A stretch of 64,000 bases of DNA from Azolla caroliniana (Eukaryota; Plantae; Polypodiophyta). Every line of letters begins with the position of its first letter. Position 1 is the first letter of the stretch. Shown in pieces: positions 61,901-64,000 of the stretch. The notes beneath the pieces were generated by a model. It was not told where the DNA came from and did no database searches. It saw only the letters and a program-made list of their open reading frames with translations. The position numbers and the translations under genes are program-made. The DNA lies in contig JBHGNT010000012.1 in NCBI GenBank assembly GCA_043228905.1, positions 21,018,001 through 21,082,000 on the forward strand, in the 5' to 3' direction.

Positions 61901-64000
61901 CGGACGAGGAAATTAGCGGAGCCGTGGAGGCGGTCTCCTTCGACGACACCTTGGGGATGATGAGGAAGGTAGCCGGAGAAGACCTTAACGATGACCGGAC
62001 GATATCGGTATGTTCCGAAGAGATGTACGAAGTCATCGCGAACTTCAGTCGGGGGTTCGGGTCGGATCAGACGGCCCGGGTTAGCACGAAGTACAAGACT
62101 GTGGACCGGAAGGTAAGGCCAGTCGCGGCACCCTTACCGGAGGAAAGCGAATCCCGAATCAGAGGGGTTGCGTCGGACCCCAGTTTACGAGATCCGGTCT
62201 GCATAGGGCACACCTTCACCGACGGGACGCTACGAGAGCTCAAGATCGGTGGGGGCGGGTTCCTGCTGCCGACGGAGGAAGACCGGTTTTGGAGAATGCT
62301 CGGAAGGCACGGGAAAGCCTTCGCATTTTCGCCGGAAGAAATCGGGTGCGTAGACCCGACAATCGTGGAGCCGATGGTGATATTCACGGTACCGCATGTG
62401 CCGTGGAATCTCAAGCCGATTCCGGTACCAAGAGCTCACATCCCGGAGTTGATGGAGCTATTGAGGCAGAAAGTCGATATGGGTATTCTCGAACCGTCGA
62501 GCGCGCCATACTCGAACCGATGGTTTACCGTACCAAAGAAAAACGGAACATTGCACTTCATTCAAGACCTGCAGCCGGTCAACAGAGTGACCATTCGGAA
62601 CGCAAGGATCGGACCGACCATAGACGAGTTCGCGGAGGCTTTCGCCGGAAGGTCGATTTACTCGGTCGGTGATCTGTACTCGGGGTACGACCAGTTCCAG
62701 CTAGCCGTGGAGAGCAGAGACATTACGACGATGCGAACTCCCCTCGGCCTAGTGCGAATGTGTACCCTGCCACAAGGAGGGACCAACTCGGTGGCCCACA
62801 TGGTGAATGCGATGAACAAGGTACTGAGGGATTGCATCCCGGACATCACCATGCCGTTTCTAGACGACATCCCGATCAAGGGGTGCCCGGTGGAAGAGAA
62901 GGACGAAACACTCGGGCCGGACGGATGCCGGCGATTCGTGGCAGCACACATCGACGACTGCGAGAAAGTGCTACAAAGGCTAGAGGAGGCGAGGCTCACC
63001 TTCTCCGGGGAGAAATTGGCCTTCGGGCAATCGGAAATCTTGGTGGTCCGACACCTATGTGGACCATATGGCCGGAAGCCGTCTCCGGCAAAGGTAGAAG
63101 CCATCTCTGCGATGAAGACCGACTGTAACTCGGTTACGGATGTTCGGAGGTTCCTGGGGGCATGCGCGTTCTACCACATATGGATCCCGCATTACGCCCA
63201 CGTTGCGGAGCCGCTATACGGGTTGCTGAAGAAAGGGCGAAAATTCGAATGGCGAGACGAGCACACGGAGTCGGTCCGGAAGCTGAAGGAAGCTCTTGTG
63301 GCAGCACCGGCGCTCCGGAAGGCTGTCAACGAGAAGGGTACCCCGGTATACATAACAGATTCCATATGAGTCCGACCGGGATCGGGTGGGTCGTCAACCA
63401 AGAAGACGAGGACGACATTCGGTTCCCGATCCGATTCGGCGCGAAGGTCCTCAGTGAGCGACAACGAGGGTACGCCCAGGTTAAACGCGAACTCTGGGGT
63501 ATCGTTTCGGCAGTAAAGGCCGACAAAGACTACCTGATCGGGACAGAAGTGATTATCGAGACGGATTGCTTGCCAATTCTCGGCATGGTTTCCGGATGCG
63601 CGACACCGGACTTGGCGATGCTCAGGTGGATAGCGTACATCAAGTCCCTAGACCCGGAAATACGACACATTTCTGGAAAAGACAACGCCATGGCCGACAT
63701 GCTTTCGAGGGCGAGGTTTGATGACGAGGGCGGCATGGTTTCGGAGGACGAAGAAGTCGGCGTGGACTTCTTCGAGGCGGCGTACGTGACAACCGACGGG
63801 ACGAGCACTCCGGCACTTAACGACTTCGACGAGAGCAAGTACGACGGCGAGTGGCTCCAGATCGGTGGATTTTTGAGGACGATGACGCCAGATGCGCCAT
63901 GGACGAAGGACGAGGCCAACCGGATCCGGAAGAAAGCTTACCGATTCTTTCTCCAGGACGGATACTTATGGAAGCACCCGAAGAAGAGGAACGACGTCCC
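58924..64000 (+). mobile_element. GC-rich Ty3/Gypsy element: 5' LTR 58924-59553, tRNA-Trp PBS, gag-protease ORF, -1 frameshift, RT-RNase H; continues past the window
   Basis: TGTCG...CGACA LTR and PBS TGGTGAACCCGACGTGA (59557-59573). Zinc knuckle CMWCDEVGHIRKDC; PR LVDHGSEINLM; RT DLYSGYDQF, LPQGGTNSV, FLDDIPIKG; RH YAQVKRELWG, ETDCLP, ADMLSR. Confidence 0.95.
61714..61780 (+). promoter_or_regulatory. Putative programmed -1 ribosomal frameshift signal (slippery heptamer plus pseudoknot)
   Basis: G GAT TTT TAG ends the gag-PR frame and the RT frame is -1. After a 6-nt spacer, GGGCTG pairs with CAGCCC, and loop bases CGTGGGG-CCGAG pair with downstream CTCGG...CCCCACG. Confidence 0.8.

Noticed and set aside
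59023-63919. Many overlapping antisense and alternate-frame ORFs
   Set aside because: Expected shadow ORFs in GC-rich retrotransposon coding DNA.

Overview
AT-rich, TE-dense nuclear DNA from a land plant, probably a fern or other non-seed plant (inferred from the PLS-PPR gene, the DFAENY-type transposase and the Gypsy lineages). Two spliced genes look intact. One is a minus-strand MEKK-type MAPKKK (MAPKKK13-21-like, about 375 aa, 12549-15323) with an ATG-only first coding exon and an 87-nt intron flanked by a duplicated CAG|GT site. The other is a plus-strand aldo-keto reductase (about 429 aa, 23867-27513) with a presequence-like N-terminus, a prokaryote-like core and one GC-AG intron. A decayed tandem duplicate of the kinase at 1.2-3.2 kb is rearranged into an inverted repeat with arms of about 500 bp. 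Also present: a PLS-PPR pseudogene, a LINE with a second LINE 3' end nested in it, a variant MIR171 hairpin (about 31975-32070, minus), a nad7 NUMT and two tRNA-like SINE heads. A spliced Sola2-like DDE transposase pseudogene carries a 41-bp palindromic minisatellite in an intron and has a hairpin upstream. From 40.7 kb to the end is a nest of Copia and Gypsy elements. The last is a GC-rich, tRNA-Trp-primed Gypsy with a candidate -1 frameshift signal (GGATTTT plus pseudoknot) located after the protease.
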